Source of the DNA: Squalus acanthias
Taxonomy: Eukaryota
Length of the DNA stretch: 64,000 bases
Direction of reading: 5' to 3'
Assembly (NCBI GenBank): GCA_030390025.1
Contig: CM059438.1
Span: 67,024,001-67,088,000 of the forward strand
The number at the start of each line of letters is the position of its first letter. The first letter of the stretch is position 1. Of the stretch, positions 63,232 to 64,000 are shown in pieces. Under the pieces are notes generated by a model. That model saw only the letters and a list, made by a program, of their open reading frames with translations, did not search any database and was not told the DNA's origin. Made by a program: the position numbers and the translations under genes.

Positions 63232-64000
63232 CTGTTTCTCTCTCCACGGATGTTGCCTGGCCTGCTGAGTTTTTCCAGCGCTTTCTGTTGTTATTTCAGT
63301 TTTCCAGCATCTGCAGTATTTTGCTATTGAGGAAAGTGAACCCTGGTATAAGTAAACGGCCGGGCGTGTCCCGGAGAATCAGGTTCGAAAAGCTGCGGTG
63401 ATAGTTTATTTGTTATGTTTAATATATTTGGGGACAAACACTAATTAAAGCTATAAATACGGCTCAAAAACAAATCAGCTTATCTTAAAGATTTGTCTGC
63501 CTCAAGTTCATGTGCAAACAGCAGCAGTGGGAGAAAGGAACACCTTGGTTTTGGCAAGTGCCAATCCTACCTTCCAACTCATCCGATTGGTTGAGAGTGA
63601 TGCACACCAATCCCAGCGATGCAAGTAATTTTTCTTATGAAACGCATGGGCTGAAAATGCTGTCAATTTAACATGCTCCTTGTGGTATGGTGTGTGAAAT
63701 TTTAAAATAAGAGTTTGAAACCTTGGTCCACTCCCACTCCCAGTTACTGTAATAAAAACACACTAAAATCACCAAATGCAGCTCCTGCTGATTTTTCAAA
63801 GGAAAGATATCACATCACTGTTCTACCTGTAATAATTGAGAATTCATGTAAGCCTGGAGATTACTGAATGGATTTATATCTTAAACACTGATGCCCAGAA
63901 AGCGCTTGCTTACAAATGTGGACGAAGGCTGATTAATATGTAAATTACCTTGTGTTTGAGCTATTTAGCAGGTTAACGAGTCTTGTTTACCTATCCAGTT

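Larger units (their letters stand above)
61564..63326 (+). mobile_element. Penelope-like retroelement, 5'-truncated, with an inverted pLTR at its 5' end
   Basis: 14-bp TSD TTGAGGAAAGTGAA (61550-61563, 63327-63340); 61564-61968 is the reverse complement of about 62895-63296; RT thumb and GIY-YIG ORF between. Confidence 0.96.

Overview
Eukaryotic, repeat-dominated vertebrate DNA. The repeat repertoire (CR1, L2, RTE, Vingi, Deu-core SINEs, hammerhead-bearing Penelope elements, many PIF/Harbinger families) suggests a cartilaginous fish such as a shark; this is inference. I found no host protein-coding exon I can support, so the window is intergenic or deep intronic. Main contents: (1) two full-length two-gene Harbinger transposons (1438-4894, dead; 18785-22854, with an intact DDE core), two deletion derivatives and about 10 Harbinger-type MITEs; (2) a complete but decayed Gypsy element (51125-59581) with LTRs, PBS, PPT and 5-bp TSD, carrying five nested insertions; (3) one clear solo LTR with a 6-bp TSD (7451-9442) and a second long CpG-rich LTR-like segment (39838-41611), both of unrecognised family; (4) four Penelope-like insertions with minimal hammerhead ribozymes and informative 5' junctions; (5) many LINE/SINE fragments; (6) repeat-free, homeobox-motif-rich islands resembling conserved non-coding enhancers. 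The least explained signals are the TGAAGG-terminated LTRs, the Penelope junction structures and the Harbinger Myb-partner repeat variation. I cannot claim a wholly new system from sequence alone. Coordinates were read by eye; boundaries without a TSD are approximate.
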